From positions 21,248-85,247 of the forward strand of contig JAKSJU010000001.1 of the NCBI GenBank assembly GCA_024402095.1: a stretch of DNA of 64,000 nt. The letters are read 5' to 3'. This stretch comes from Bacteroidales bacterium (GTDB taxonomy: Bacteria > Bacteroidota > Bacteroidia > Bacteroidales > UBA932). Shown here piece after piece: positions 40,537 to 50,727 of the stretch (the stretch's first letter is position 1; each line of letters begins with the position of its first letter). The notes below the pieces were generated by a model that saw nothing but the letters and a program-made list of their open reading frames with translations, ran no database searches and was not told the origin of the DNA. A program made the translations under genes and the position numbers.

Positions 40537-40999
40537 GACTCGACCCACCCGAGGCCGGATGGACTGTCCCCTCGCTGACAAAACCGAGGGAGAGATAGGA
40601 TGCACCTGCCGTTCCGCTGTCATCTTCGCCGTACAGGGGAACATAGGTCATGACGTCATCGGGCCGGACTGTGCGGCAGAAGAACTCCAGAATCTTCCCC
40701 ATGCCTCCGACAACCCTCCATCCCGACAGTGAGGCATATCGTACCCATTCGAACGAGCGGCTCCCGTCCCGCATTCTTCTGGCGCTTGAGAATGTGGCGG
40801 CGGCTACGAGTGTGCCTTCCGGGAGACTGCCTTCCCCGCTTCCGCTGTGTCTGGAGACGAACAGCCCTATCCTGTATCTTGCCGATGCATCACCCATTCT
40901 GTGGTGTTCGGTCAGAAATGCAGCCGCCGTACCTTTATCGATACGGCGAACTGTACAGTTTCTTGCGAAAACAGAAGGAAGTCTTCCGAGATTATCCAT
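40484..40999 (-). CDS. Hypothetical protein, Mom/GNAT-like fold (resembles C-terminal domain of phage Hef-type proteins)
   Basis: FARNC.VR.I....A..FL..HH..G, GLF, LVAAATF, EWVRY, VVGGMGKIL, G.SY..LGF..EG. Starts 1 nt after the pdxA stop. Confidence 0.6.
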   Translation of the reverse strand: MDNLGRLPSVFARNCTVRRIDKGTAAAFLTEHHRMGDASARYRIGLFVSRHSGSGEGSLPEGTLVAAATFSSARRMRDGSRSFEWVRYASLSGWRVVGGMGKILEFFCRTVRPDDVMTYVPLYGEDDSGTAGASYLSLGFVSEGTVHPASGGSSLKLRYRPETDSGTASAQ

Positions 41000-41000
41000 G

Positions 41001-42092
41001 CTATGCTATCTGCGGACGTCCCGGTCTTTCCCGGCGTTCCTCGCCCTCAAGACGCTTCTCTTCCATCTTACCTGCAACCAGGTCCTTGAAAGCCTCTCTC
41101 TTGTGGAATATGTCTATGGCCGCAAAGATTGATGCTCTCATTGACAGAGGGTCGGCTTCATCGCGGCCCGCCATGGCGAATGCTGTTCCGTGGTCAGGGG
41201 AGGTCCTGACGATAGGGAGTCCAGCCGTGAAATTGACACCGTCTTCAAATGCGATAGCCTTGAAGGGAGCAAGGCCCTGATCGTGGTACATCGCAAGCGT
41301 GGCATCGAACGTCTCGTATTGGCTCAACCCGAAATACCCGTCAGGCGAGAAAGGACCGAAAGCGAGAATTCCTTCCTCTGTCGCTTTCTTTATGGCAGGG
41401 ATGATGATTTCCTGCTCTTCTGTTCCGAGCAGTCCTCCGTCTCCGCTGTGCGGGTTGAGGCTCAGTACGGCAATGCGCGGCTGGTCCACGCCGAAATCCT
41501 CTTTGAGTGACTTGCTCATCACCCTGAGCTTGCTCAGGATCTTCTCTTCGGAAATCAGAGAAGGAACTTCCTTGAGTGGAACATGTCCCGTGACAACTCC
41601 AATCTTCATCCTGCTGCTGATCATAAGCATTGTCGCATCCTTGAGCCCGAATGCGTTCTGCAGGAACTCCGTGTGTCCGGGGAATCCGAAGCCTTCGCCG
41701 GACATGGCTTTCTTATTGATCGGGCCGGTGACGAGAATGTCTATTCCGCCGTTCTTGATATCCCGGACGGCATGCTCCAATGCCGTAATGGCTGCCTTCG
41801 CCGAATCTGCAGTGGCCTGTCCGGGCTCGGCATATACGTTGTCGGGAAGACAGTTGATTATGTTGATCTTCTTCGGCTGTACGTCTTTTACCGATGTAAT
41901 ATCATTGACCTCGAGATGCTCTATTTCAGGTATGGTCTTGAGATAGAAGCCGAATATCTTAGGTGATCCGTAAACTACGGGAGTGAACATATCCAGGATG
42001 CGCGGGTCGGAAAGAGCCTTGATGATGACCTCGTAACCGATGCCGTTCGAGTCTCCCTGGGTGATGCCCACAATGAGTTTTCTGTTTGTCAT
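41001..42092 (-). CDS. pdxA: 4-hydroxythreonine-4-phosphate dehydrogenase
   Basis: GITQGD.NGIG, GPINK, GHTE, LNPHSG, AMYHDQG, RTSPDHGTAF. Confidence 0.95.
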   Translation of the reverse strand: MTNRKLIVGITQGDSNGIGYEVIIKALSDPRILDMFTPVVYGSPKIFGFYLKTIPEIEHLEVNDITSVKDVQPKKINIINCLPDNVYAEPGQATADSAKAAITALEHAVRDIKNGGIDILVTGPINKKAMSGEGFGFPGHTEFLQNAFGLKDATMLMISSRMKIGVVTGHVPLKEVPSLISEEKILSKLRVMSKSLKEDFGVDQPRIAVLSLNPHSGDGGLLGTEEQEIIIPAIKKATEEGILAFGPFSPDGYFGLSQYETFDATLAMYHDQGLAPFKAIAFEDGVNFTAGLPIVRTSPDHGTAFAMAGRDEADPLSMRASIFAAIDIFHKREAFKDLVAGKMEEKRLEGEERRERPGRPQIA

Positions 42093-42111
42093 ATCGTCAA
42101 TATACTAAATT

Positions 42112-42567
42112 CTAAAGTAGTGTTTCTTGTTCTGTCTCGCAATATCCTTCGTCGGAAGGCAGGTTCTCTGCCGAGTAGGCCGCAACCGCAAGCGAGTCGC
42201 ACCTCTCGTTTTCGGGATGGCCCGCGTGGCCCTTCAGCCAGTGAAAACTGACGTCGTGACAGGCGCACAGGCTGTCCATCCTGGCCCAAAGGTCGTGATT
42301 TTTCTTGCGCTTCCATCCTTTGGTCATCGTGTTGACGACATAGGAAGAATCGCTGTAGACTTCGACCTTTGCCCCTTCCCATCTGATGGCTTCCAGTCCT
42401 TTGATGACGGCCATCATTTCCATCCTGTTGTTGGTCGTGAGGGCGAATCCTCCGGAAATCTCCCTGCGCAGATCTCCGCATTTCAGCACGGCACCGAAAC
42501 CGCCCGGTCCGGGATTGCCGCTGGCTGCCCCGTCAGTATAAAGGAATATGCTTTGTCTTGTTGACAT
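42112..42567 (-). CDS. rnhA: Ribonuclease HI
   Basis: [41 protein letters not shown]. Confidence 0.96.
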   Translation of the reverse strand: MSTRQSIFLYTDGAASGNPGPGGFGAVLKCGDLRREISGGFALTTNNRMEMMAVIKGLEAIRWEGAKVEVYSDSSYVVNTMTKGWKRKKNHDLWARMDSLCACHDVSFHWLKGHAGHPENERCDSLAVAAYSAENLPSDEGYCETEQETLL

Positions 42568-42615
42568 TATCTACAAAAATAATTAAATTTGTAAGAATAT
42601 AGGATAGTTATAGGA

Positions 42616-43491
42616 ATGAATATTCTGGTTACCGGTTCCAACGGTCAGTTGGGGAATGAAATAAGGTGTTTGAGTGTGGACAGCGGACATAATTTTATAT
42701 TTACCGATGTCACGGAGCAGGAGGGTGTGGAGACTGTCAGACTGGATATCACCGATATTGAGACAGTCAGGCTTGTGGCTGAATCAGAGTCTGTGGATGT
42801 CATAGTCAACTGTGCTGCATATACGAATGTGGATAAAGCGGAGGACGATGAGCGTACGGCTGATCTTCTGAACCACAAGGCTCCGGAGAACCTTGCCATC
42901 GTAGCGAAGGAATGCGGCGCTTCTCTTATCCATATATCCACCGATTATGTTTTCGGAGGGGACAGGTTCACTCCGTTGGGAGAGAATGAAACCCCGTCTC
43001 CCGAGAGCGCCTATGGCAGGACCAAGCTCGCCGGAGAAAAGGCTGTCAGGGCTACGGGATGCAAGTCCATCATTATCCGTACCGCCTGGCTGTATTCACC
43101 GTACGGAAAGAATTTCGTGAAAACCATGCGCAGCCTCACTTCTGCGAACAGTACCGTGAAAGTAGTGTTCGACCAGGTGGGAACTCCTACCTATGCCGCA
43201 GACCTGGCGGCGCTGATAATGCATATCATTGACAGCGGCCAGCTTGACAAGACGGGCATATATCATTTCTCAAACGAGGGCGCGGTCAGCTGGTTTGACT
43301 TTGCGCATGAAATCTGCAGGATGAGCGGAAACGATTGCGAAATCGTGCCATGTCTCAGCTCTGAATTCCCGTCAAAGGTTAAGCGTCCGCACTATTCGGT
43401 GCTTGACAAGAGCAAGGTGCGCAACGAACTCGGGTTCACCCCTCCTTATTGGAGCGATTCACTTGAAAAATGTATAGAAAGGCTTAAATAA
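42616..43491 (+). CDS. rfbD: dTDP-4-dehydrorhamnose reductase
   Basis: [33 protein letters not shown]. Confidence 0.95.
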   Translation: MNILVTGSNGQLGNEIRCLSVDSGHNFIFTDVTEQEGVETVRLDITDIETVRLVAESESVDVIVNCAAYTNVDKAEDDERTADLLNHKAPENLAIVAKECGASLIHISTDYVFGGDRFTPLGENETPSPESAYGRTKLAGEKAVRATGCKSIIIRTAWLYSPYGKNFVKTMRSLTSANSTVKVVFDQVGTPTYAADLAALIMHIIDSGQLDKTGIYHFSNEGAVSWFDFAHEICRMSGNDCEIVPCLSSEFPSKVKRPHYSVLDKSKVRNELGFTPPYWSDSLEKCIERLK

Positions 43492-44372
43492 TGAAAGGAA
43501 TAGTATTGGCAGGAGGCAGCGGAACACGTCTGTATCCTATTACGAAAGGTGTGAGCAAGCAGCTGCTCCCTATTTACGACAAGCCGATGGTCTATTATCC
43601 GATTTCGGTGCTGATGCTGGCGGGAATCAGGGATATTCTTATTATCTCGACCCCGCAGGACCTTCCCGGTTTCAGAAGACTTCTGGGCGACGGTTCGGAT
43701 TACGGCGTGCATTTCGAGTATGCCGAGCAACCTTCGCCGGACGGTCTGGCGCAGGCTTTCATAATCGGAGAGAAATTCATCGGGAATGACAGCGTCTGCC
43801 TTGTCCTGGGTGACAATATTTTCTATGGAAGCCATTTTACGGGAAAACTCCTTGATGCGGCAGAAGATGCAGAGCAGAAAGGGTCTGCCACAGTATTCGG
43901 CTATTGGGTGAATGATCCTGAGAGATATGGTGTCGCTGAATTTGACAAGAACGGCAACTGCCTCAGCATTGAGGAAAAGCCTGCCAGTCCTAAATCAAAC
44001 TATGCGGTTGTGGGCCTGTACTTCTATCCGAACAAGGTCGTTGACGTGGCCAAGCATATTAAGCCGTCCGCACGCGGCGAACTTGAAATTACTACTGTGA
44101 ACCAGGAGTTCCTGTCTGACGGTGAACTGAAGGTGCAGACTCTCGGAAGGGGATTCGCATGGCTGGATACCGGTACTCACGATTCGTTGGCCGAGGCCTC
44201 GATCTTCGTCGAAACTCTGGAGAAGAGGACCGGACTCAAGATCGCCTGTCTGGAAGGCATAGCATTTGAGAAAGGCTGGATCGATGCCGACAAGCTCCGT
44301 AGACTGGCTGAACCTATGAAAAAGAATCAGTACGGCCAGTATCTTCTGAAGTTGGCGGATAATAAGTTCTGA
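43491..44372 (+). CDS. rfbA: Glucose-1-phosphate thymidylyltransferase
   Basis: [35 protein letters not shown]. Confidence 0.97.
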   Translation: MKGIVLAGGSGTRLYPITKGVSKQLLPIYDKPMVYYPISVLMLAGIRDILIISTPQDLPGFRRLLGDGSDYGVHFEYAEQPSPDGLAQAFIIGEKFIGNDSVCLVLGDNIFYGSHFTGKLLDAAEDAEQKGSATVFGYWVNDPERYGVAEFDKNGNCLSIEEKPASPKSNYAVVGLYFYPNKVVDVAKHIKPSARGELEITTVNQEFLSDGELKVQTLGRGFAWLDTGTHDSLAEASIFVETLEKRTGLKIACLEGIAFEKGWIDADKLRRLAEPMKKNQYGQYLLKLADNKF

Positions 44373-44376
44373 TGAT

Positions 44377-44958
44377 ATGGAAGTGATAAGGACTGACATT
44401 CCTGATGTGGTTATTATCAGGCCCAGGGTTTTTGAGGATGCGCGCGGCTATTTCTATGAGTCGTTTTCACAGCGCGACTTCGATGCCGCCGTACGCCCCG
44501 TGCGTTTTGTGCAGGACAACGAAAGCAAATCTTCCTTCGGTGTGGTCCGCGGACTGCATTTCCAGAAGGGGAGAGATGCACAGAGCAAGCTCATCAGAGT
44601 TGTCCGGGGCCGGGTGCTGGACGTTGCCGTGGATGTAAGGGTGGGCTCACCCACTTTCGGCAAGCATGTTGAAGTGGAGCTGTCAGAGGACAACAAACTC
44701 CAGCTTTTCATCCCACGTGGATTCGCCCATGGCTTCAGCGTCCTGTCCGAGGAGGCTGTTTTTCAGTATAAATGTGACAATTTCTATGCGCCGGGGTCTG
44801 AAGGCGCCATTTCTTTCAATGACCCTGACCTTGGAATAGACTGGCGTATTCCTGCGGGACAGGAAATACTGTCGGAGAAAGATTCGCGCCATCCTTTGCT
44901 GAAGGACTGCAGTGCGGAGGATTTGTTTGATTATAATTGCGATTTATATGAGTTTTAA
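44377..44958 (+). CDS. rfbC: dTDP-4-dehydrorhamnose 3,5-epimerase
   Basis: DARGYF, FVQDN, RGLHFQ, GFAHGF. Confidence 0.96.
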   Translation: MEVIRTDIPDVVIIRPRVFEDARGYFYESFSQRDFDAAVRPVRFVQDNESKSSFGVVRGLHFQKGRDAQSKLIRVVRGRVLDVAVDVRVGSPTFGKHVEVELSEDNKLQLFIPRGFAHGFSVLSEEAVFQYKCDNFYAPGSEGAISFNDPDLGIDWRIPAGQEILSEKDSRHPLLKDCSAEDLFDYNCDLYEF

Positions 44959-46096
44959 GAGATCTATCATCATTACCGGAGGAGCCGGTTTCATAGGATC
45001 CCACGTGGTCAGGCTTTTTGTGAACAAATATCCCGATTACCATATCATCAATTTGGACAAGCTTACCTATGCCGGCAATCTTGAGAATCTCAGGGATATC
45101 GAGGACAAGCCCAATTATTCGTTCGTAAAGGCGGATATCTGTGATTTCGACACTATTCTTGAACTCATGCGCAGGGAAAAGGTGGATGGAGTGATTCATC
45201 TTGCAGCCGAGACTCATGTGGACAGGAGCATCAAGGATCCTTTCACGTTTGCGCGCACCAATGTCATGGGCACCTTGTCGATGCTTCAGGCTGCCAAGAT
45301 TTATTGGGAAGAGACAGGGGAGACACAGTCCGGCACACGGAGGCTGTTCTACCATATTTCAACGGATGAAGTGTACGGGGCGCTTCAGATGACGAATCCG
45401 GAAGGGATCAAGCCTCCTTTCACTACCAAGGCAAGCTCCGGGGAGCATCATCTGGCTTATGGCTCGGAGTTTTTCACCGAGGACTTGAAATACCAGCCTC
45501 ACAGTCCGTACAGCGCTGCGAAGGCAGGCTCCGACCATATGGTACGCGCGTTCCATGATACTTACGGGATGCCGACGCTTGTCACCAACTGCTCGAACAA
45601 TTACGGCCCGTACCAGTTCCCGGAAAAACTTATACCTCTGTTTATCAACAATATCCGTCACCGCAAGCCGCTACCTGTATATGGAAAGGGCGAGAATGTG
45701 CGGGATTGGCTCTATGTTGTTGACCATGCGCGGGCTATTGACGTGATTTTCCATGAGGGCAAGGTAGGAGAAACATACAATATCGGCGGATTCAACGAAT
45801 GGAAGAACATTGATATCATCAAAGTCCTTATCAAGACCGTGGACAAGGCTCTTGGACGTCCGGAAGGGGCCGATGACGATCTCATCACCTACGTTACCGA
45901 CCGTGCCGGCCATGACCTCCGCTATGCCATTGACTCATCCAAACTGCAGAAGGAACTCGGATGGGAACCTTCACTCCAGTTTGAGGAGGGCATTGAAAAG
46001 ACAGTACGCTGGTATCTCGATAATCAGGAGTGGATGGACAGAGTCACTTCCGGAGATTACCAGAAGTATTACGAAGATATGTACAGCAACAGGTAA
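44948..46096 (+). CDS. rfbB: dTDP-glucose 4,6-dehydratase
   Basis: TGGAGFIG, LDKLTYAGN, STDEVYG, YSAAKA, NNYGPYQFPEK. Start ATG 44948. Confidence 0.96.
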   Translation: MSFKRSIIITGGAGFIGSHVVRLFVNKYPDYHIINLDKLTYAGNLENLRDIEDKPNYSFVKADICDFDTILELMRREKVDGVIHLAAETHVDRSIKDPFTFARTNVMGTLSMLQAAKIYWEETGETQSGTRRLFYHISTDEVYGALQMTNPEGIKPPFTTKASSGEHHLAYGSEFFTEDLKYQPHSPYSAAKAGSDHMVRAFHDTYGMPTLVTNCSNNYGPYQFPEKLIPLFINNIRHRKPLPVYGKGENVRDWLYVVDHARAIDVIFHEGKVGETYNIGGFNEWKNIDIIKVLIKTVDKALGRPEGADDDLITYVTDRAGHDLRYAIDSSKLQKELGWEPSLQFEEGIEKTVRWYLDNQEWMDRVTSGDYQKYYEDMYSNR

Positions 46097-46100
46097 ACTG

Positions 46101-46739
46101 ATGCTCCGTAAAGCGACAGCAATATTTGTATTGATATTTTGCTTCCTGCAGGTGAAAGCGCAGGAGGCCCCCAGGACGGTGAAGGAATCAGCATATCCCG
46201 AGATGTACATACAGTATGTCCCATTGGCTATGGATCTGGGTCTCGGTTTCGCCGGAGCGAAGAGCAAGCACAACTTTTTTGACAGATTCGTGATGGGATC
46301 CATGGCCTGTATCTCCGAGACCGTGCTGGTGAATGTCCTGAAATACACCGTCAAGGAGGAACGTCCGGACGGTACTTCAAGCAATTCTTTCCCTTCCGGA
46401 CACAGTGCAACGGCATTTACAGGCGCCGAACTCACGAGGATGGAATACGGGTATGGATGGGGCGCCGGGGCATACGGGCTTGCAGCGACAACCGCTGTCC
46501 TGAGAGTGGCCCATGACCGTCACTGGTGGTGGGACTGTCTGGCTGGAGCCGGTATCGGAGTGTTGTCTGCACATATCGCTGGCTGGTTGATGCCGTCGGT
46601 GCAGAATCTGCTGGAAAACTGGGGCGTGTACTCGTTTTTCGGCACATCCAGATCTCCTCTGACCGAAAACCTGACCGTGTCCGCGCTTGCGGATCCGTTC
46701 AGCAATACATACGGAGCAGTGCTCGCTTTGAGATTTTAG
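46101..46739 (+). CDS. PAP2 family phosphatase
   Basis: K..V...RPD, SFPSGH, RV..DRHW..D...GA. Start ATG 46101 with a signal peptide. Confidence 0.88.
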   Translation: MLRKATAIFVLIFCFLQVKAQEAPRTVKESAYPEMYIQYVPLAMDLGLGFAGAKSKHNFFDRFVMGSMACISETVLVNVLKYTVKEERPDGTSSNSFPSGHSATAFTGAELTRMEYGYGWGAGAYGLAATTAVLRVAHDRHWWWDCLAGAGIGVLSAHIAGWLMPSVQNLLENWGVYSFFGTSRSPLTENLTVSALADPFSNTYGAVLALRF

Positions 46740-46746
46740 ATATCCG

Positions 46747-47781
46747 ATGGGTAGAAAGATACAACTGATAGCAGGACCTTGCAGCGCCGAATCCAGGAAA
46801 CAATTGCTGGATACGGCCTCCATGCTGTCAGGTCTCGGACTGGATTATTTCCGTGCCGGCCTCTGGAAACCGAGGACGCGTCCGGGATGTTTCGAGGGTG
46901 TCGGATCCAGGGGATTGAAGTGGCTGGCCGAAGTCCGGGAAAAATACGGGTTGAAAATCGGAACGGAAGTCGCGGGGGCGCTCCATGTGGAGGAATGCCT
47001 GAAAGCTGACGTAGATATGATGTGGCTCGGTGCAAGAACCACCGTCAATCCTTTTATGGTCGAGGAGATAGCCTGTGCATTGCAGGGTACCGACAAGTAC
47101 ATAATGGTCAAGAATCCTGTAAATCAGGACGTATCCCTTTGGATAGGAACTATTGAAAGGCTTATGAGCCACGGTATTTCCAATATCGGCATAATACATC
47201 GAGGATTTTCCACCTTTGGCGGCACTCTGTACCGGAATGCCCCGCAGTGGCACGCTGCCATTGAAGTCAGAAGCCGGTTCCCGGAACTGACATTCATCTG
47301 CGATCCGAGCCACATGAGCGGAGACAGGCGTTTCATCCCCGAACTGTCACAAAAAGCGATGGACCTTGGCTTTGATGGGCTTATGGTAGAGGTTCACGAA
47401 AACCCGGAGGCGGCTCTGAGCGACAACCTTCAGCAAATGACTCCGGATGAGTTTTCAACCCTTGTCAGCGGCTTGAAAATAAGGGAGAACTCTTCCGAGG
47501 ATGTAAAATACAACAACGCCCTGGAGCATCTCAGGGAGGAGATAGATGAGATAGATGCTGAGATAATCGGGGCATTGTCCAGAAGAATGAAGGTCAGCCG
47601 TGAGATAGGACGTTATAAAAGCAGCAGCAATGTGTCCATAATCCAGCCGTCCCGTTGGGAGGAGGTGATAGCAAAAGTGCTTGATAAGGGAACAGGGGAA
47701 GGACTGCCGCGTGAATTCCTTTTAAGAATTTTCAATGCCATACATGAGGCATCTGTATCGGAACAAAACAAAATCAACTGA
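46747..47781 (+). CDS. Bifunctional DAHP synthase / chorismate mutase
   Basis: IAGPCSAE, KPRT.P..FEG, GARTT, DPSH, and a C-terminal AroQ-like region LREEIDEID. Confidence 0.92.
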   Translation: MGRKIQLIAGPCSAESRKQLLDTASMLSGLGLDYFRAGLWKPRTRPGCFEGVGSRGLKWLAEVREKYGLKIGTEVAGALHVEECLKADVDMMWLGARTTVNPFMVEEIACALQGTDKYIMVKNPVNQDVSLWIGTIERLMSHGISNIGIIHRGFSTFGGTLYRNAPQWHAAIEVRSRFPELTFICDPSHMSGDRRFIPELSQKAMDLGFDGLMVEVHENPEAALSDNLQQMTPDEFSTLVSGLKIRENSSEDVKYNNALEHLREEIDEIDAEIIGALSRRMKVSREIGRYKSSSNVSIIQPSRWEEVIAKVLDKGTGEGLPREFLLRIFNAIHEASVSEQNKIN

Positions 47782-47782
47782 A

Positions 47783-49153
47783 ATGATAGCAAACAACAGA
47801 GCAGAATTGGTTGAGTATTGCCTCAATCAGAAAGTCGAGGTCCTCAATTTTCATTATTGCGGTTGGGACGGACGTCTCAAGACGCTCAATTTCGTTATCC
47901 GTGACAAGGAGCATCTCGAGAACATTCTTGAGTCGGGCGAGAGAGTGGACGGAAGCAGTCTCTTCCCGTTCATCGAGGCCGGAAAGAGTGACTTGTACGT
48001 GATTCCTAGATACAGGACAGCTTTCCGCAATCCTTTTGAAGATGTCCCTACAGTGGATGTCCTTTGCTCCTTCTTCAACCGCGACGGAGAGCCGTTCGAA
48101 AGTTCCAGCCAGTATATCCTCAGCAAAGCATCCAAGAGCCTGTATGAGCGTACCGGGCTCAAGATGCAGGCTATGGGTGAACTTGAGTATTATGTCATAG
48201 CTCCAGAGGACCCGCTTTATCCTGTCGCCGATCAGAAAGGCTATCATGAGAGTGCGCCTTTCAATAAGTTCACGGACCTCAGGGTTGAGGCCATGCGTCT
48301 GATTACGGCAGCAGGCGGAGAAGTGAAGTACGGTCACTCGGAGGTCGGCAATTTCACGAAAGACGGCAATATTTACGAGCAGAACGAGATTGAATTTACG
48401 CCTGTAGATATTGAGAAGGCTGCAGACCAGCTTGTAATCGCAAAATGGATCATGCAGCAGCTTGCATACCAATACGGAGTCACAATCACTTTCGATCCTA
48501 AGCTTGCAATAGGAAAAGCCGGCTCGGGAATGCACGTACACTGTAAATTCACCAGGGACGGAGAATCTGTCATGGCAAAAAACGGGGAACTTACCGATAC
48601 GGCTAAGAAGGCGATAGCAGGATTCATGGATGCCGGCACTTCTCTCCCTGCCTGGGGTAATCCCAGCCGCAATTCGTTCGAGCGTCTTGTCCCTAATCAG
48701 GAAGCTCCTACCAGTCTTTGCTGGTCATATTCCAACCGTTCTGCGCTTGTCAGGGTACCTCTCGGATGGATCAACAGAGAGGATATGGCTGCCAAGGCCA
48801 ATCCGGGCGAAAAAGTGCTGAACAAGGATTTCTCCGGGAAGCAGACTTTCGAATGGAGGGCATCCGACGCCACTGCGGACATTTACCTTCTCATGGCAGC
48901 CCTTTGCTGTGCAGCCCGTCATGGTCTCGAGTGCGAAAATGCTCTTGACATAGCAGAGAAGACATACGTTGGCCTCGGGGTGAACATCCATTCTAAGGAT
49001 AACGCCAGCATCAAGGATGCGCTTGAGCAGTTGCCTGCATCATGCGAAAAATCAGCCGAGGAACTTCAGAAGGACCGTTCAATCTATTCGGAGAACGGAG
49101 TGTTCCCGGATGCTCTGATAGATTACCAGATAAAGTATCTGAAAAGTATTTAA
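47783..49153 (+). CDS. glnA: Glutamine synthetase
   Basis: VDGSS, ELEYY, HSEVG, GSGMHVH, NRSALVRVP, FEWR. Start ATG 47783. Confidence 0.9.
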   Translation: MIANNRAELVEYCLNQKVEVLNFHYCGWDGRLKTLNFVIRDKEHLENILESGERVDGSSLFPFIEAGKSDLYVIPRYRTAFRNPFEDVPTVDVLCSFFNRDGEPFESSSQYILSKASKSLYERTGLKMQAMGELEYYVIAPEDPLYPVADQKGYHESAPFNKFTDLRVEAMRLITAAGGEVKYGHSEVGNFTKDGNIYEQNEIEFTPVDIEKAADQLVIAKWIMQQLAYQYGVTITFDPKLAIGKAGSGMHVHCKFTRDGESVMAKNGELTDTAKKAIAGFMDAGTSLPAWGNPSRNSFERLVPNQEAPTSLCWSYSNRSALVRVPLGWINREDMAAKANPGEKVLNKDFSGKQTFEWRASDATADIYLLMAALCCAARHGLECENALDIAEKTYVGLGVNIHSKDNASIKDALEQLPASCEKSAEELQKDRSIYSENGVFPDALIDYQIKYLKSI

Positions 49154-50044
49154 ATGGAGCTCAGACAATTGAAATATTTCGTCGCTGTCGCGCGCACCCT
49201 CAGTTTCTCTGAGGCTGCACGGCAGCTCTACGTCACCCAAGGGACTCTGTCGCAGCAGATAATGCTTCTTGAGGATGAACTCGGATCCCTGCTTTTCGAA
49301 AGGACATCCCACAAGGTGGCCCTGACTGAGCCCGGCATGGTTTTATTTCCTCTGGCAAAGAATATCATCCAGCAGGTGGAGCAGTGCAAACTTCAGGTGG
49401 GTGACTTGAGAAAGGCGCTGGGTGGGGAACTGAACATAGGAATGACTTATTCATTCAGCAATCTCATTACCGATACTGTCAGGGATTTCCTCAAGACGTA
49501 TCCCGGAGTAAAGCTCAGAATCTATTACAAGACGGCTTCCGAACTGTATCAGATGATGGTAAAAGGTGAACTGGACGTGATACTTGCTTTCAAGCCGGTG
49601 GTCCAGCACAAGGACCTTGTATCTGAAACGCTTTTCAATTTCGACCTGTGCGCAGTAATGCGCAAGGACCATCCTCTGTCAGACAGGAAAGTCCTGACTT
49701 TGGAAGAATTGAAGAATTTCAATATTGCCCTCCCGGGGAGCGGCCTGCAGGCCAGAAAGACTTTTGAAAAGTTCAATAACATCGACACCAACGGTCTGAA
49801 CGTACGGGTGGAACTGAATGACCCGAATGTCATTATGGACCTGGTACAGAGTTCCAACCTGGTAACCATACTTTCTTCGCTTGCCGCCCTCTACAGACCG
49901 AATCTGGCTGCTGTGCCGCTGGAAGGGTATATAGGCAAGATGGAAGGCTGCGTCCATTGGCTGAAGGGAGCATATCACAAGAAAAGTGCAGAGGCCTTCA
50001 TAGAAATGGTGCGGGAGTCGGCTGCCGTCAGCAAATTATTGTAA
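49154..50044 (+). CDS. LysR family transcriptional regulator
   Basis: MELRQLKYF...SFSEAA..L.VTQ..LS.QI..LE.ELG..LF.R. Confidence 0.95.
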   Translation: MELRQLKYFVAVARTLSFSEAARQLYVTQGTLSQQIMLLEDELGSLLFERTSHKVALTEPGMVLFPLAKNIIQQVEQCKLQVGDLRKALGGELNIGMTYSFSNLITDTVRDFLKTYPGVKLRIYYKTASELYQMMVKGELDVILAFKPVVQHKDLVSETLFNFDLCAVMRKDHPLSDRKVLTLEELKNFNIALPGSGLQARKTFEKFNNIDTNGLNVRVELNDPNVIMDLVQSSNLVTILSSLAALYRPNLAAVPLEGYIGKMEGCVHWLKGAYHKKSAEAFIEMVRESAAVSKLL

Positions 50045-50076
50045 AAGACAAGATTCAATACTAACTTTGCAAGCAT

Positions 50077-50727
50077 ATGAAACTAGATAACATTCTTCAG
50101 GTTTTTGTCGTTAAGGAAAAGAAGTTTTTCCCGCTTTTCTCTGAATCGGCGAAGAATATCCTCAAGGCTGCTGACCTGCTTCTCGAGCAGGCAAAAGAGG
50201 AGGACCATGACAAACGTATCGTGTATTCGCACAGGATCAAGGAGTGCGAGACCGCAGGGGACAGCATTACGGACAAGATCATAGACGAGCTGCTTGACTC
50301 ATACGTGACTCCGTTTGACCGTGATGACATTCACGAACTTGCGGAAGCCATGGATACATTCTTGGATTGCATCAGGGATTCATCCAAGAAGATTTCAATA
50401 TATCAGCCCAAGGCTGCCAGCCACAAGCTCATAGAGATTGCGGAATATATCAGGAAGGATGCCGAACTGCTTGTAGAGATCACTGACCGCTTCGACAATG
50501 CGCGTAAGCTTGTAAAGGAACTTGATGCGCTCTGTGACGAAATCAAGGAAACAGAGCATACTGTGGATGATATTTACGAAAGTTATATGAGCAACCTTTT
50601 CTCACAGGAGAAGGATGCCATTGAACTTGTCAAGAAAAAGAACATCGCGCAGGCGCTCGAGGATACCTCCGACGTCGCGAAGTCTCTTTCAAATACTATC
50701 CGGAGCATAGTCGTAAAACTCGGATAA
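50077..50727 (+). CDS. DUF47 (PhoU-like) phosphate transport accessory protein
   Basis: E..GD, TPFDRDDIH.L...D, E...D. Lies directly upstream of a PiT transporter. Confidence 0.88.
   Translation: MKLDNILQVFVVKEKKFFPLFSESAKNILKAADLLLEQAKEEDHDKRIVYSHRIKECETAGDSITDKIIDELLDSYVTPFDRDDIHELAEAMDTFLDCIRDSSKKISIYQPKAASHKLIEIAEYIRKDAELLVEITDRFDNARKLVKELDALCDEIKETEHTVDDIYESYMSNLFSQEKDAIELVKKKNIAQALEDTSDVAKSLSNTIRSIVVKLG

Noticed and set aside
45810-46100. Long N-terminal extension of the PAP2 ORF overlapping rfbB (possible frameshift fusion)
   Set aside because: rfbB ends normally, ATG 46101 gives a clean signal peptide, and I saw no slippery site.
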